DNA of 64,000 nucleotides from a virus (lineage: Duplodnaviria > Caudoviricetes). Where the stretch lies: positions 84,118 through 148,117 of IMG/VR virus record IMGVR_UViG_3300021426_000004. One strand, 5' to 3'. Positions 9,598 through 20,003 of the stretch are shown in pieces; position 1 is the first letter of the stretch; the number at the start of each line of letters is the position of its first letter. The notes beneath the pieces were generated by a model, which worked only from the letters and a program-made list of their open reading frames with translations, was not told the DNA's origin and did not search any database. Position numbers and translations under genes: made by a program.

Positions 9598-11400
9598 ATG
9601 AATACTATCTTCTGGTTCAATCCTTACAAGCAGACTGTGCGTATTCCCGATGCGAAGATCACCGTCCCTGGTATCAAAACCTTGGAAGACGCAAAACGGT
9701 TTGTCGAAACCGAAGACTTCGACAATTTCCGGTTTATTGTGAAATCCAAAACCGGAAAACCCTATCCATTCAAAGATGTCGCAGAAGCAAAAGACTTTGC
9801 TCAGAAAAAGAGCACAAAGTCGGTTTGCTACACCGTGTGGAACGATGGAGATCCTATTACCTCTTTCGTGAATAAGAAAGAGTTGACAAAGTGGAATACT
9901 GTATTTATCAAACTCTATGATGATAAACCCGATAGGAATAAATGGTATTGCAGTACTTCAAAGGGTCAGTTTGCAAAAACAACGTGGTCTTATGGAGCAA
10001 AGATTGATGTAGCACCTGGTAAAGTGCGTTTACAGCGCATTTATATCGAATGGATTAAATGTGTAAATGGTCATCTGGCTACAAAGTTCCACAATATTTC
10101 GATCACATTCCACAAAGATGGTTCTGTCTATCTTTATAACGGAAGAATCCAACATGTCAGCGCAAATGAATTAGTAACATCGTATGACGATGACGTCTTA
10201 AGCGCTTTGAAGGATGAGTTAACGAAACTTAGGCCTGAATTAAAGAAAATGATCAGTGAAGCAGGTACTTATAGTCTGTGTGGTGTTTTCAGCAGACCAA
10301 CAGCTTATTATAAGTTCGATACGTTCCACCATACCGCAACAAAACGGTATTGTCCGTTTTACTTTGGTAATTACCCAAAAGAGATTGTGGACGAATCAAA
10401 GTTGATCGACGTGATTGCAAAGAGAATGCACATACCAACAAGCAAAACGTTAAGAAAATTGTATAACGAAAATATCCACAACATGGAAGTAGTGCATTTT
10501 CTGAAATTCATCGGTTTCAAGGATGTGAATTCATATCAGAAGCTGACTGGGTTTGGTGTACATTTCAGCCGTCGTAATCCTGCTGAATTCGCAGCTTTCT
10601 TTAAGAAGTTCATCAAACTTCGCGGAGAAAATAACGTTGTTAGAATGACAAGTGATACCGACTTTAATCTTATTGATGATGTCGCTATGTCATACAACGA
10701 GATCGTCGAAGAGGCGTCTGAATTCGTGCTTAATAAATGCCGCAACTTCGAGGAAATCCACGAGACCTTTAATAGATCTTGCGCGACTCGGGAAAACCTC
10801 GTAGATGAAAAGATTCCGTACTCGAAGACAGAGAAAAAGAAGTACGAATTCATCAGCGAAAACGGAATTCGGTTCGAACTTGCGGAAGGAAGAAAAGATC
10901 TTGCCATCATCGGTGCTAACATGGGTATCTGTGTTGGTGGTTATGGCGATAAAGCAGTTAACAAACATTGCGTTATCGTAAAAATGATGGATGGTGATGA
11001 TTACGCTGCCTGCATCGAAGTTCAAAAACAGGGCGTTGTTCAACTCAAAGCAAAATACAATAACCCCGTTCGTAGTAAATATCGTGCCGATATTGATGCA
11101 TGGCTGGAAAACGGTGAGATTAAATGCGAGTGCTACGATTATAATTGCATTGGAGAAGACTGGAATAGCACTTGCCGTTATGACCAAATTCGTCCTGATG
11201 ATTTCGAGCCTACTGATCATGAACCGATTCTGCAGATTGTAAAAGCCAAACATGAGAAATACGTTCACAATAACAAGTGGTTCACTAAAGACGAAGCGAA
11301 TCGATTGGAACGTATCCAAGAACTTGCCACCTCAGCAGAACCGCACAGATTCGAAGATTTTGAATTCGAAGCTATTGAAACGGATGAACTTCCGTTTTAA
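9598..11400 (+). CDS. PcfJ-like domain protein with SSB-like DELPF tail
   Basis: GANMGICVGGY...IEV...VVQLKAKYN resembles the PcfJ core; ends ETDELPF. Confidence 0.65.
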   Translation: MNTIFWFNPYKQTVRIPDAKITVPGIKTLEDAKRFVETEDFDNFRFIVKSKTGKPYPFKDVAEAKDFAQKKSTKSVCYTVWNDGDPITSFVNKKELTKWNTVFIKLYDDKPDRNKWYCSTSKGQFAKTTWSYGAKIDVAPGKVRLQRIYIEWIKCVNGHLATKFHNISITFHKDGSVYLYNGRIQHVSANELVTSYDDDVLSALKDELTKLRPELKKMISEAGTYSLCGVFSRPTAYYKFDTFHHTATKRYCPFYFGNYPKEIVDESKLIDVIAKRMHIPTSKTLRKLYNENIHNMEVVHFLKFIGFKDVNSYQKLTGFGVHFSRRNPAEFAAFFKKFIKLRGENNVVRMTSDTDFNLIDDVAMSYNEIVEEASEFVLNKCRNFEEIHETFNRSCATRENLVDEKIPYSKTEKKKYEFISENGIRFELAEGRKDLAIIGANMGICVGGYGDKAVNKHCVIVKMMDGDDYAACIEVQKQGVVQLKAKYNNPVRSKYRADIDAWLENGEIKCECYDYNCIGEDWNSTCRYDQIRPDDFEPTDHEPILQIVKAKHEKYVHNNKWFTKDEANRLERIQELATSAEPHRFEDFEFEAIETDELPF

Positions 11401-11427
11401 TGAATAAAATTATAGGAGGAAAACAAA

Positions 11428-11580
11428 ATGCGTAAATTCACTAAGAACATTGCCGCCGAGATGGGCCTGCAGCCCATTTCCATCCTGACAGCCCTGAAGC
11501 TCATGCTTAAAGGGTATCGTCCCGGCTTCTGCTGGGGATTCAAGCATGGAAAAGGAATCCGTTCGTGGCGAACAAAGTAA
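11428..11580 (+). CDS. Small basic hypothetical protein (50 aa)
   Basis: AGGAGG RBS; MRKFTKNIAAEMGLQP...; terminator follows. Confidence 0.65.
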   Translation: MRKFTKNIAAEMGLQPISILTALKLMLKGYRPGFCWGFKHGKGIRSWRTK

Positions 11581-11700
11581 CAAATGATTGGCTGGGTTAA
11601 CAACCCAGCCTTTTTTTATTTTCATGCAAATGGATCGTCTGCCGCACGTCAAAGACGGAGCTTTGGCATTAAAACGATTCAAAAAGAAAGGAAGATCACA

Positions 11701-12021
11701 ATGACAAAGAAGTCCATAGTAGAAATCGACATTAACAACCGTAAATTGTTAAAAGCTGAAAGATACCATACTGGTTTTGAAGTTACCATTGGATATGGTC
11801 TTGGACTTTTTACAGTTGACATGCTCAGATGGGTCGAAGGAGAAGAATTGCCTGTATATTATTTTACCACTCCGTTCTGCAGTGGAATGGAAGGAATGAT
11901 CGAAGAGATGATCAAAAATATCCGGAACAGCAATGAATCTTTATCTTTGCAAGATGAAGCAATAAATTCTTTTGCTAGTGCGCTCATGTATTTCAGAATC
12001 AAACATCACCACAAACATTAA
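11701..12021 (+). CDS. Hypothetical protein
   Basis: AAGGA RBS before ATG 11701. Confidence 0.65.
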   Translation: MTKKSIVEIDINNRKLLKAERYHTGFEVTIGYGLGLFTVDMLRWVEGEELPVYYFTTPFCSGMEGMIEEMIKNIRNSNESLSLQDEAINSFASALMYFRIKHHHKH

Positions 12022-12129
12022 AAACCAGCCTTCTTGGCTGATTGAGTTTTGATACACGAAAGCCTCTTCGAAAGAAGGGGCTTTCGTAATCAGGACTCGA
12101 TCCTGAAATAAAAAAAGGAAGGTGTAACT

Positions 12130-12486
12130 ATGAACAACTACTACGGACGAATCACACTTGCAACTTCAGCAGGAGATGACTTTTTCGACACAGTGCCTGC
12201 TCCTTCGTTCGCGTTGGCCTGCACAGAGCTTGGCTTTGCGATTCGAATGTTTCCTTCTTGTTCTGTTTTGAAATATGAGGTAATAAACAAAACAGACAAT
12301 ACAAGCATAACAGTTTGGGAGATGGATGAGCACAGCAAAGAATGTTCTTGTCGTTTTGCAAAAACGAATAAGAATTTTCATAAGATGTGGTCTATCCTGG
12401 AAGAAAGATGGAACAGCTTACAATTAGCTCAATCGAAATATGACGACTATCTCTATGGAGGAAATGAATTCCCGAATTTCAGCTAA
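12130..12486 (+). CDS. Hypothetical protein
   Basis: RBS and downstream terminator. Confidence 0.7.
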   Translation: MNNYYGRITLATSAGDDFFDTVPAPSFALACTELGFAIRMFPSCSVLKYEVINKTDNTSITVWEMDEHSKECSCRFAKTNKNFHKMWSILEERWNSLQLAQSKYDDYLYGGNEFPNFS

Positions 12487-12778
12487 TACATATAAATACG
12501 ACTGCAACCCAAATTTAATACAACGATAAAGACCGGACTAATCCGGTCTTTTTTTATTTTTATGCGCTTAGCGAGTCTGGAGCTAAGTAGCGTTGGTTTC
12601 TTCCAGACCGCATCGTCGTCCCTCTGACGATGTGACTTCAGCCGCGAATTCCAGCGGAACAGAGGAGTCCTGATTTGGCAGGCGGGTGACTCCCGAATTA
12701 ACAGTCTCTCGTCATGTCCCGACGAGATCAAATTAAGGCATCTGTGAGCCGTGATCACAGAAAAGGAAAGGAGACAAT

Positions 12779-15499
12779 ATGTCTAAACTCGAAGGAATCA
12801 AAATCTTGAACGACGGAAACCCTATGGACGTTAACAGCGAAGAAGGGTTCCTCTTCACTGTCAGTCCTTCTACCGCCAAGAAAGGCACTGGTTATCGCAC
12901 CGATAAGCCGGTGTCATTGACCGAATACGAACTCCGGATGCCTGGAGTAGTAGTCTGTCAGAACAGAGGAATGATCTTCTCCAGCTGCCGTCCGATTAAT
13001 GGAGAATATGTCATTCCGACTCTGGACAATCTTAATCTCATCATCGTCGATGAGAAGTCCAGGAAACTGGTTCCCGTTGACGACCCTGAAAACAAGATTG
13101 TGTGGAAAGGCAACGGACCGCATGAAGTAAAGGATGTCGCCGCCGATGGTGCCGGTGTTCATTACTTCAAGACTAAAGAAGGTATAATGGCTTTCTGGCT
13201 TTGGTTAAAGATCGCACTGTTTGGCTATGGCATCAAGGGAATGCTTATGCCTGGTCTTGCAACAGATATCGGCAAGAAAGTCATTGACCATTGGGGCGTT
13301 GAGCGCACCATCACACTTGGCAACACTTTGTTGCTTAATTCCAGCCTCGTCAAGGGACTCGGTGCCTACAACAGCCTGGAAGAGCTGATTGCCCATTCTA
13401 AAGAGTGGGGACTGACCACTATGATGAAGCAGTGGCAGTCTGGCGACCACGAGGTTGCCAACAAGAGAATTCTTGGAATTCAGATCAATAGCACAAACTT
13501 TGCGCTGGAACGGCCTGAGATTCGTGAACTGCTGAAGCCTGAAGCTCGTAAGATTTGGTCTATGCAGTTTCCTGAAATTGCGTGGCGGAAGATGGCAAGT
13601 GTCAATACAAGCCGTGGTCGTGCGTTTGCAGCTCGTCCGAGTCTGATGTACAAAGACTTGGTCATGCGGCAGATCGACAATAAATGCGGCAATGACTTCC
13701 TTCGCAACGCACAGGGTAAAACGATGGTAGCAGCAAGCTACCTGAAGATGTATCCTGACCGTCTTGCGTACAGTCTTTGCTATGTCGATGGTATGGACAT
13801 CAACGAAGCGGCAAAGAAAGCGGCTTCCTGCGGACTTCATGGTGAAATCCGTGTCAGCCCTTCGTATGCTGGCCGCAAGGTCAAGCACAACGAAGACGGA
13901 ACGGTGACGATTACTTTCAAGAAGGAGACGCACCTTGATAGCAAAGGTCGTTACGTTGAAGTAGCACTTGTTAGATATCCGCATGGCGCTCCTTCTGAAA
14001 CTATCGTCGTTAAAGCGTATCTTGACGATACGGTTCCGGCCGATGTAATCGTGTTTCCGTTCCCGGTCGCCAATGACGACGGAACAATTCCGGTAAAGTG
14101 CTTGTATGCGATGCGCCTTCAGGGTGCAGATTACGATGGTGATGCTGTAACGGCATTTACCGAGAAGATCTGGCTGGAAGCACAGAAGCGGAATGCTGGA
14201 AAATCGTACATGATTATCCCGGTGAATACAGAAGGAACAGAAAAGGACAAGACTCTGGTGACAGATGAATCCTTCGAGTCTTTCTGTCAGACTAAGATCG
14301 AATCTCTCACCAATCAGGTTGGTCTGATTGCAACAAGCCTGAAGTATTACCTCTCTCAGGCTGCTGATAGTATCAGGATGGGCTCAAATCCTGAAATCAT
14401 CGAGCAGATGATTGTAGATCACGCTTGTGCCATGGGAGATGACATTGATGAATTCAAGCATGGCAAGGCCAATAATGAAATTGCCTTGTTTACGATTCAT
14501 CATGAAGGCGAAAAGGACGAAACTCTGTTCAGCCCGTACTTCAACAGATACTCTTGCAAATTCCGGTCCAAAGAAGATATGGATAAGACAATCTTCACAA
14601 AGACCGGTAAAGAGAAGAAAGCCGGAAATGGCGTACTCGACATGTTTGCCACGGAGTGGGAGAAGCTTATGGCTGAAGCCGGACTTCAGATCATCTCTGA
14701 TACGACTGAAGTTTCTGATGGAAGCAAGAGGTTCTACTTCACAGTTCATCCTGTGAAATGGAGCAGCAAATACGTAGACCTGTATACCTCTGATAAAGGT
14801 ATTGGTCAGATCGCAGTTGAACTTCCGGAAGAACTGGAAAAGGCGTACAAGCTGAAAGCCAATACGAAGCTGACAGCGAAAGATCTGTTCAGAGTGTTGT
14901 ATCGTGATCACTCTGCGTCTTGCAAAGATCTTGTTGGTTGCAACGATGACAGAGACATGCGGTTCAAGGCTCTGGCGAAGATTGATGCCAGATATGCGCT
15001 GGCAAAGGTAGCTATCGTCGCCTGGACTCAGCGGATGTGGAAGCAGAAGTCCAGTGAAGATCTCACCGCCGAAGAAGCGATGGTGATGTTCACTACACTG
15101 ATGACTCAGCATACTGAAAGATCAAGATCCACGATTGACTCCGAAACCAGGTATGGAGTCTTCGAGCGGGAAGACGGCACTGAGTACAAAATCGACGTAT
15201 TCAGCGCTCAGAGGAAATACAACTATTTCCTTGATGTCTGCGGCGATGGACTGCTTCTGGCGAAGACTGAAGAGCCAGATTTCCCTGATGTATCAGATAA
15301 GATCATCGAAGCGGCTGAAGCGAAAGCTCCTGACCTGGAACTGGCTAAAGCGAAAGCTACCAAAGAGCTGGATCTGATCGGTGAACTGGTGACCATGCTG
15401 AACGATAACGGCATTGAGAGTGTTGTCGAGGAAATCAACAATGAGCTCGTGCCGCTTCGGGATGATGAAGACGAAGACTACATCCCCGAAGAGATCTGA
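12779..15499 (+). CDS. Divergent YonO-like two-barrel RNA polymerase (copy 1)
   Basis: Catalytic-type GADYDGD plus ADGAG, GIKGML and VRYPH motifs, in the same order as in the 42190-45009 protein. Confidence 0.7.
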   Translation: MSKLEGIKILNDGNPMDVNSEEGFLFTVSPSTAKKGTGYRTDKPVSLTEYELRMPGVVVCQNRGMIFSSCRPINGEYVIPTLDNLNLIIVDEKSRKLVPVDDPENKIVWKGNGPHEVKDVAADGAGVHYFKTKEGIMAFWLWLKIALFGYGIKGMLMPGLATDIGKKVIDHWGVERTITLGNTLLLNSSLVKGLGAYNSLEELIAHSKEWGLTTMMKQWQSGDHEVANKRILGIQINSTNFALERPEIRELLKPEARKIWSMQFPEIAWRKMASVNTSRGRAFAARPSLMYKDLVMRQIDNKCGNDFLRNAQGKTMVAASYLKMYPDRLAYSLCYVDGMDINEAAKKAASCGLHGEIRVSPSYAGRKVKHNEDGTVTITFKKETHLDSKGRYVEVALVRYPHGAPSETIVVKAYLDDTVPADVIVFPFPVANDDGTIPVKCLYAMRLQGADYDGDAVTAFTEKIWLEAQKRNAGKSYMIIPVNTEGTEKDKTLVTDESFESFCQTKIESLTNQVGLIATSLKYYLSQAADSIRMGSNPEIIEQMIVDHACAMGDDIDEFKHGKANNEIALFTIHHEGEKDETLFSPYFNRYSCKFRSKEDMDKTIFTKTGKEKKAGNGVLDMFATEWEKLMAEAGLQIISDTTEVSDGSKRFYFTVHPVKWSSKYVDLYTSDKGIGQIAVELPEELEKAYKLKANTKLTAKDLFRVLYRDHSASCKDLVGCNDDRDMRFKALAKIDARYALAKVAIVAWTQRMWKQKSSEDLTAEEAMVMFTTLMTQHTERSRSTIDSETRYGVFEREDGTEYKIDVFSAQRKYNYFLDVCGDGLLLAKTEEPDFPDVSDKIIEAAEAKAPDLELAKAKATKELDLIGELVTMLNDNGIESVVEEINNELVPLRDDEDEDYIPEEI

Positions 15500-15588
15500 C
15501 CCAACGACATGGAGACTGCTGAAAAGCAGTCTCCTTTTTTTTGTTTTCATGCAGACGGAAGTCTAGCAAAAATAAAGGAGGAGATCCC

Positions 15589-16002
15589 ATGTTCCAGATT
15601 TTATTCAAAGACAATAATGGTTGTGATGTTCTTATGCAGGACAGAATGACAGAAGAGATGGCCAATGCCATCGTTCAGGCGCTTTCTAATTCTGGTATCA
15701 GTGCCATAAAAGTAAATGCCGCAGAAAAGAAATGGCATTTGGCAAAGGTTGTCTTCGACCTTCAGCTGATTCCAGCTGCCAAGAAGGCTATCAAAGAAGG
15801 GAAGACAATGAAAGGTCTTTACACCTTCGGAGATCCGAAAGAGATCGCAAAAGAAGGGAATGCAGTAAAAGTTGAATGCACAACTGCAGAGAAAAAGGTC
15901 GCCTATGTTGTTGGTATCTGGTTGGCGACAGCAGAAGAGATTAAATCGTTCAAAGTCAAGATCGGTTATCCAAAGCTTGGTCTTGTTGCAGAAAAAATCT
16001 AA
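15589..16002 (+). CDS. Hypothetical protein
   Basis: AAGGAGG RBS before ATG 15589. Confidence 0.75.
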   Translation: MFQILFKDNNGCDVLMQDRMTEEMANAIVQALSNSGISAIKVNAAEKKWHLAKVVFDLQLIPAAKKAIKEGKTMKGLYTFGDPKEIAKEGNAVKVECTTAEKKVAYVVGIWLATAEEIKSFKVKIGYPKLGLVAEKI

Positions 16003-16023
16003 AAGAAAGAAAGGGGTTTAACC

Positions 16024-16305
16024 ATGAGAAACATTCACAATATGACAATCGATGACGCGATTTCAATCGTCGCTTATTCCGAAAATGAAGAATACAAACT
16101 TTATCTTTGCTTCCTTGACGACCTGGAAATAAGGAAGGAAGTCAACGACTTAAATAAAGCAAGAAAAATACTTGCTGAAAATAATATTGGTAACAAAGCT
16201 ATAGCAAAACACATTGAACGGCAAAAGAATAAAATTCCTGAGCCCGTACGGTTCATCGACAGGATTCACCTTAAGGCTGTCGATACAGATGAGTTGCCAT
16301 TCTAA
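16024..16305 (+). CDS. Hypothetical protein with DELPF tail
   Basis: 93 aa, ends DTDELPF. Confidence 0.75.
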   Translation: MRNIHNMTIDDAISIVAYSENEEYKLYLCFLDDLEIRKEVNDLNKARKILAENNIGNKAIAKHIERQKNKIPEPVRFIDRIHLKAVDTDELPF

Positions 16306-16411
16306 AATTAAGAGTCAGCTTTCGAGCTGGCTCTTTTTATTTTTTATGAACGGGGAGCCAGACGAGAAACTCGGACTGTGCGACGATCCGCAAAAGAAAG
16401 GAAGGTTACCA

Positions 16412-16720
16412 ATGGAGTACATCAAATTCATCAAACTGACAGACGAAGAAATGGAAATCATCATCGGCATCAGCGGAAGGACCATCAAATTCTGGTGTGA
16501 GTATGCCATTAAAACGTTCGTTGGAGCATTTCACGACAATTCTTCTATTCCTGAGAAAGTTATGAATGGGAAAACTATCGAAACCATCAACAAAGAAGAA
16601 GCAGCTCAGCTTTTGCTTAAGATTGCTAAGGCAACCAGCAAAACGAACGCTTCTCGGTATTCTAAAGAAATCGAAGAAGTCATACAAAGAATTGATGAAC
16701 AGACCAAGTTGCCGTTCTAA
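16412..16720 (+). CDS. Hypothetical protein with LPF tail
   Basis: RBS before ATG 16412; ends EQTKLPF. Confidence 0.7.
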   Translation: MEYIKFIKLTDEEMEIIIGISGRTIKFWCEYAIKTFVGAFHDNSSIPEKVMNGKTIETINKEEAAQLLLKIAKATSKTNASRYSKEIEEVIQRIDEQTKLPF

Positions 16721-16735
16721 AATAAAAGAGGGGAA

Positions 16736-17245
16736 ATGAAAATGAAAATTGCATTTACTGGACATCGTCCGAAAGATCTTTATGGATATTCCAGCCGTGA
16801 GCCATACATGAAGGTTATCAAGATGATTATGGATAATCTTAAGACTCTTGATGACGAGCTTGTTGTCATTACCGGTGGAGCACAAGGCGTTGATCAGCTC
16901 GCTTTCTGGTCCGCCGAACGAATGAAACGTGAAGGCTTCAATGTAAAGACTATCGTTTCGGTACCTTTTAAAGGACAGGAGCTCCGCTGGAAAGAAACTG
17001 GAATGTTTAGTCAAGCTGAATACAAACATATGCTGAAATTAGCAGATGAAGTTGTATATTTATCTGATAACAGCAACGATGCCATTCATAAGTTGGATGA
17101 AAGGAACCATTGGATGGTTGATCATTCTGACTTGCTTGTTTGTGTGACTCCGTATGATAACATTGAAACCAGACACGGAGGAACTGGAAATTGTGTTAGA
17201 TATGCAATATTGAAGAAACATAAATATACAGTCTGGAAAATTTAA
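16736..17245 (+). CDS. SLOG family (YspA/DUF1273-like) protein
   Basis: TGHRP, GGAQGVDQ, RNHWMVD and GGTGNC motifs. Confidence 0.85.
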   Translation: MKMKIAFTGHRPKDLYGYSSREPYMKVIKMIMDNLKTLDDELVVITGGAQGVDQLAFWSAERMKREGFNVKTIVSVPFKGQELRWKETGMFSQAEYKHMLKLADEVVYLSDNSNDAIHKLDERNHWMVDHSDLLVCVTPYDNIETRHGGTGNCVRYAILKKHKYTVWKI

Positions 17246-17339
17246 GAGCCTTCGGGCTCTTTTTTTATTTTGCGAACGACGGTAGCCAGGGCGGAAACCG
17301 CAACTGTGCCGTGACCCGTCAAAAGAAAGGAGATTGTAT

Positions 17340-17732
17340 ATGTATCAGATTTTTATTGTCATGAATCGTCTGTTTGGAACTATTGAACGAGTTGTTGAAA
17401 CCGATAAAGATGTTGCAAACATCATGTGGAAAGACTTTATGAGCACTGGTTGTCCGATTATCACCGTACATGAAAACAAATTCAAAGTCTGGAACGCAAA
17501 ACAAACACATCAACCCGCAATAATACATGATTGGCCTAAGTGGGCAGAAAAAGAATGGGAAATCCGTAAAACAAATAACAGGTATCTCGGAGCTAGGCTG
17601 ATTGACTGGGATAGTATCGGGTGTTTTGAACTTCGTCATTCAACGATGGAAGAAACTGGAATGAAAAAGATCCAAAGAGTATTTTACACATACAAAGGAA
17701 AACAATTATTTTCGGTTGTTGAATTCGACTAA
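17340..17732 (+). CDS. Hypothetical protein
   Basis: AAGGAG RBS; terminator after the stop. Confidence 0.7.
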   Translation: MYQIFIVMNRLFGTIERVVETDKDVANIMWKDFMSTGCPIITVHENKFKVWNAKQTHQPAIIHDWPKWAEKEWEIRKTNNRYLGARLIDWDSIGCFELRHSTMEETGMKKIQRVFYTYKGKQLFSVVEFD

Positions 17733-18114
17733 CAAATAAGCGACCCATCATTGGGTCGCTTTTTTATTTTTTTGCGGCAACCTAAGCCGGGGAGTGACAA
17801 CTCCCAAATTAGGAGACGTGGGCGCCCCCATTTTTTCGGCAGGGGGGATTTTTTTCGCTTCGCTTCGTTCGGCTTTCACTGCATTGCTGCTTCGCCTTCG
17901 ATGTTGCTAGGCTTTGGCTTGCAAGCAAGCCTTGATTCTCCTGAATTTCTATCTCCATGTTGCTTGGCTGATATTGCACGTTCCTTTGTTTGTTGATTCG
18001 TGTGCGAGTACGTGTATTGTGGCTGATGCACCGCAAGCAAAGCTTGCGGGAATTCGCCTGAATAATAAATCCCTTTGTTGTTCTATTTCAATGAAATATT
18101 TAGGAGGAGTCTCA

Positions 18115-18444
18115 ATGAACATTGAAGCAAAATGGACCGGAAAGTGGCCGTGCCTCTGTCACGGTGAATGGATCATCACCATCGATGGAGTGAAGGTTGA
18201 TCTTCCGGAAGAAGTTCGCACCAGCGACATGGGCACCTTTGGTTGCTACCGGAGATGGTGGTTCGAATCAAACTGGGAAGAAGCCTGGGACAGCTACGAA
18301 GACGGTCTGGAATTTCAGCCGTGGGTTGAGGAAAACTCATCGTGGCTTTCCAACCTCCACCTGAGCGAAGAAGATCTTCACGCTCTCTATGACGCCATTT
18401 CCGAAGAAGACTGGCGGCATGGAAGCTGTGGTGGTTGTATCTGA
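18115..18444 (+). CDS. Hypothetical Cys/Trp-rich protein
   Basis: AGGAGG RBS; WPCLCHGEW...HGSCGGCI. Confidence 0.75.
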   Translation: MNIEAKWTGKWPCLCHGEWIITIDGVKVDLPEEVRTSDMGTFGCYRRWWFESNWEEAWDSYEDGLEFQPWVEENSSWLSNLHLSEEDLHALYDAISEEDWRHGSCGGCI

Positions 18445-18516
18445 TCGGTTCCACAAAGCGAGGACAAGCCTCGCTTTATTCGCCTAAAAAACAAATTTTG
18501 AAAGGAGATCCCATCT

Positions 18517-18720
18517 ATGAAAATCACACTGGCCGAAATCATCAACATCAAGAACGAGATTCGCACAAGAGAGATGTATCTCAAGAAGATCACAGAGAAA
18601 GCCGAGAGGCTTGGTCTGAACAAGAACGATCTTGACATCGCTAATGCCCATATGAAATGGATCAGCGAGAATGAAAAGATCGTGAAGGAATTCTACAAAC
18701 CCGCAATGGTTATCCAGTAA
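18517..18720 (+). CDS. Hypothetical protein
   Basis: AAGGAG RBS. Confidence 0.7.
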   Translation: MKITLAEIINIKNEIRTREMYLKKITEKAERLGLNKNDLDIANAHMKWISENEKIVKEFYKPAMVIQ

Positions 18721-19120
18721 AAGCCTGCCCCGGCTGCTGCTTAGCGCCGGTCGGGGTGGATGATTTCTATGCATGTTGATCTGCAGTCTCGCTGGGACTG
18801 CAGACTTATATGCATAGGACCTGAGTTTTCAGCGGCTGGCTGTATAAAAGCTGAAATTCAGACATGTCCTACATACAGGTTCTGTTTTGCGGAGATTGCC
18901 AGCTCTGCTTGACAGAGTTTTGTACGGGTCGGGGTGGTTTAAGGGACTACTCCGATTTTAGCTATTTTCAGCCCGAGCGGGCTTTGACATGGGACTCCTC
19001 CTTTCTGCCTGTGAGTAAGGGACGACTCACAGGTTGGCCGCAATGTTCACGCCTCCATGTTGGTGCGGCTGGATTCGACTGAATGTGAACAAAAAAATAT
19101 TTCGAAAGGAGTTTTAGACA

Positions 19121-19567
19121 ATGAAAAGCGTTGAAATCTACATCGACGGCGCATGCTCAGGAAATCCTGGCCCCATAGGATTCGCGGCAATCTATCAGGG
19201 CAAAAATGGTGTTCTCGGTAAATCCGGTTATGACTCTAACCCTAAGTGCACGAACAACCAGGCAGAACTTCGTGCAGCGATCATCGGACTGTCGGCGTTG
19301 AAGAATCCCTGTAAGGTGACCTTCTACACTGACTCGCAGTATGTGACCAATGGCTATAAGCATTCTGAGGAATGGCTTACAGCCGAAGGACGGCTCAACC
19401 GTGAGCTTTGGATGGAATTGATTTCAGCCGTGAAGAATGGCAAGCATGAGATTCGCTTTGTGAAAGTGAAAGGCCATGCCAATGTTCGGCTGAATGAGAT
19501 CGCTGACAAGCTCGCAAAAGCAAAGTGCAAAGAAGCGAAGCATCAACTTCTCAAGGAGGGGTATTAA
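19121..19567 (+). CDS. rnhA: Ribonuclease HI
   Basis: DGACSGNPG, TNNQAEL, TDSQYV and VKGH...NEIADKLA motifs. Confidence 0.95.
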   Translation: MKSVEIYIDGACSGNPGPIGFAAIYQGKNGVLGKSGYDSNPKCTNNQAELRAAIIGLSALKNPCKVTFYTDSQYVTNGYKHSEEWLTAEGRLNRELWMELISAVKNGKHEIRFVKVKGHANVRLNEIADKLAKAKCKEAKHQLLKEGY

Positions 19568-20003
19568 TGGCAGAGTTCAGCTATTACATGGTCGGTAATC
19601 AGGTTTATGGCATTATGCCGTGCGGAGACGGAAAGTTCTTTGATTCGGTTACCGACTATGAAAATGCCTATCGCGATGAAGAGAACGAGATCGTCGATGA
19701 GCTCGCTCGTCTCCACTACAACGATGAACCCATTGATTATCCGGAAGACTGGAGGATCGCATAATGGGACTGCTTGATAATGTCATTATCTTGCTTCTGA
19801 TCGTTGGGTCTTTCATTGCTGGCAAAACGATCTCTGATAAATACCATGACAAGATTATATCAGAGTATCAGTATCAACAAAGGCTTTCAGCGGCGGAAAG
19901 GGGAGTAGGCTATGTCGCTCCTCCCGCCAGAAAACGCACCTCTATAGGTGAACCTTTCATGGACAAGCTTAAGAACAATGGCAAGGCTGTCCAGAAAATG
20001 TAA
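19567..20003 (+). other. Two coupled small CDSs (19567-19764 acidic; 19764-20003 with an N-terminal TM helix)
   Basis: TAATG overlaps and GGAGG RBSs. Confidence 0.7.

Noticed and set aside
13205-15112. Long minus-strand ORFs (259 and 242 aa)
   Set aside because: Antisense to the RNAP-like gene; no RBS or recognisable motifs
17850-17930. Second pentamer array (CTTCG repeats)
   Set aside because: Only about three units in phase, no enclosing long stem and no RAMP gene nearby
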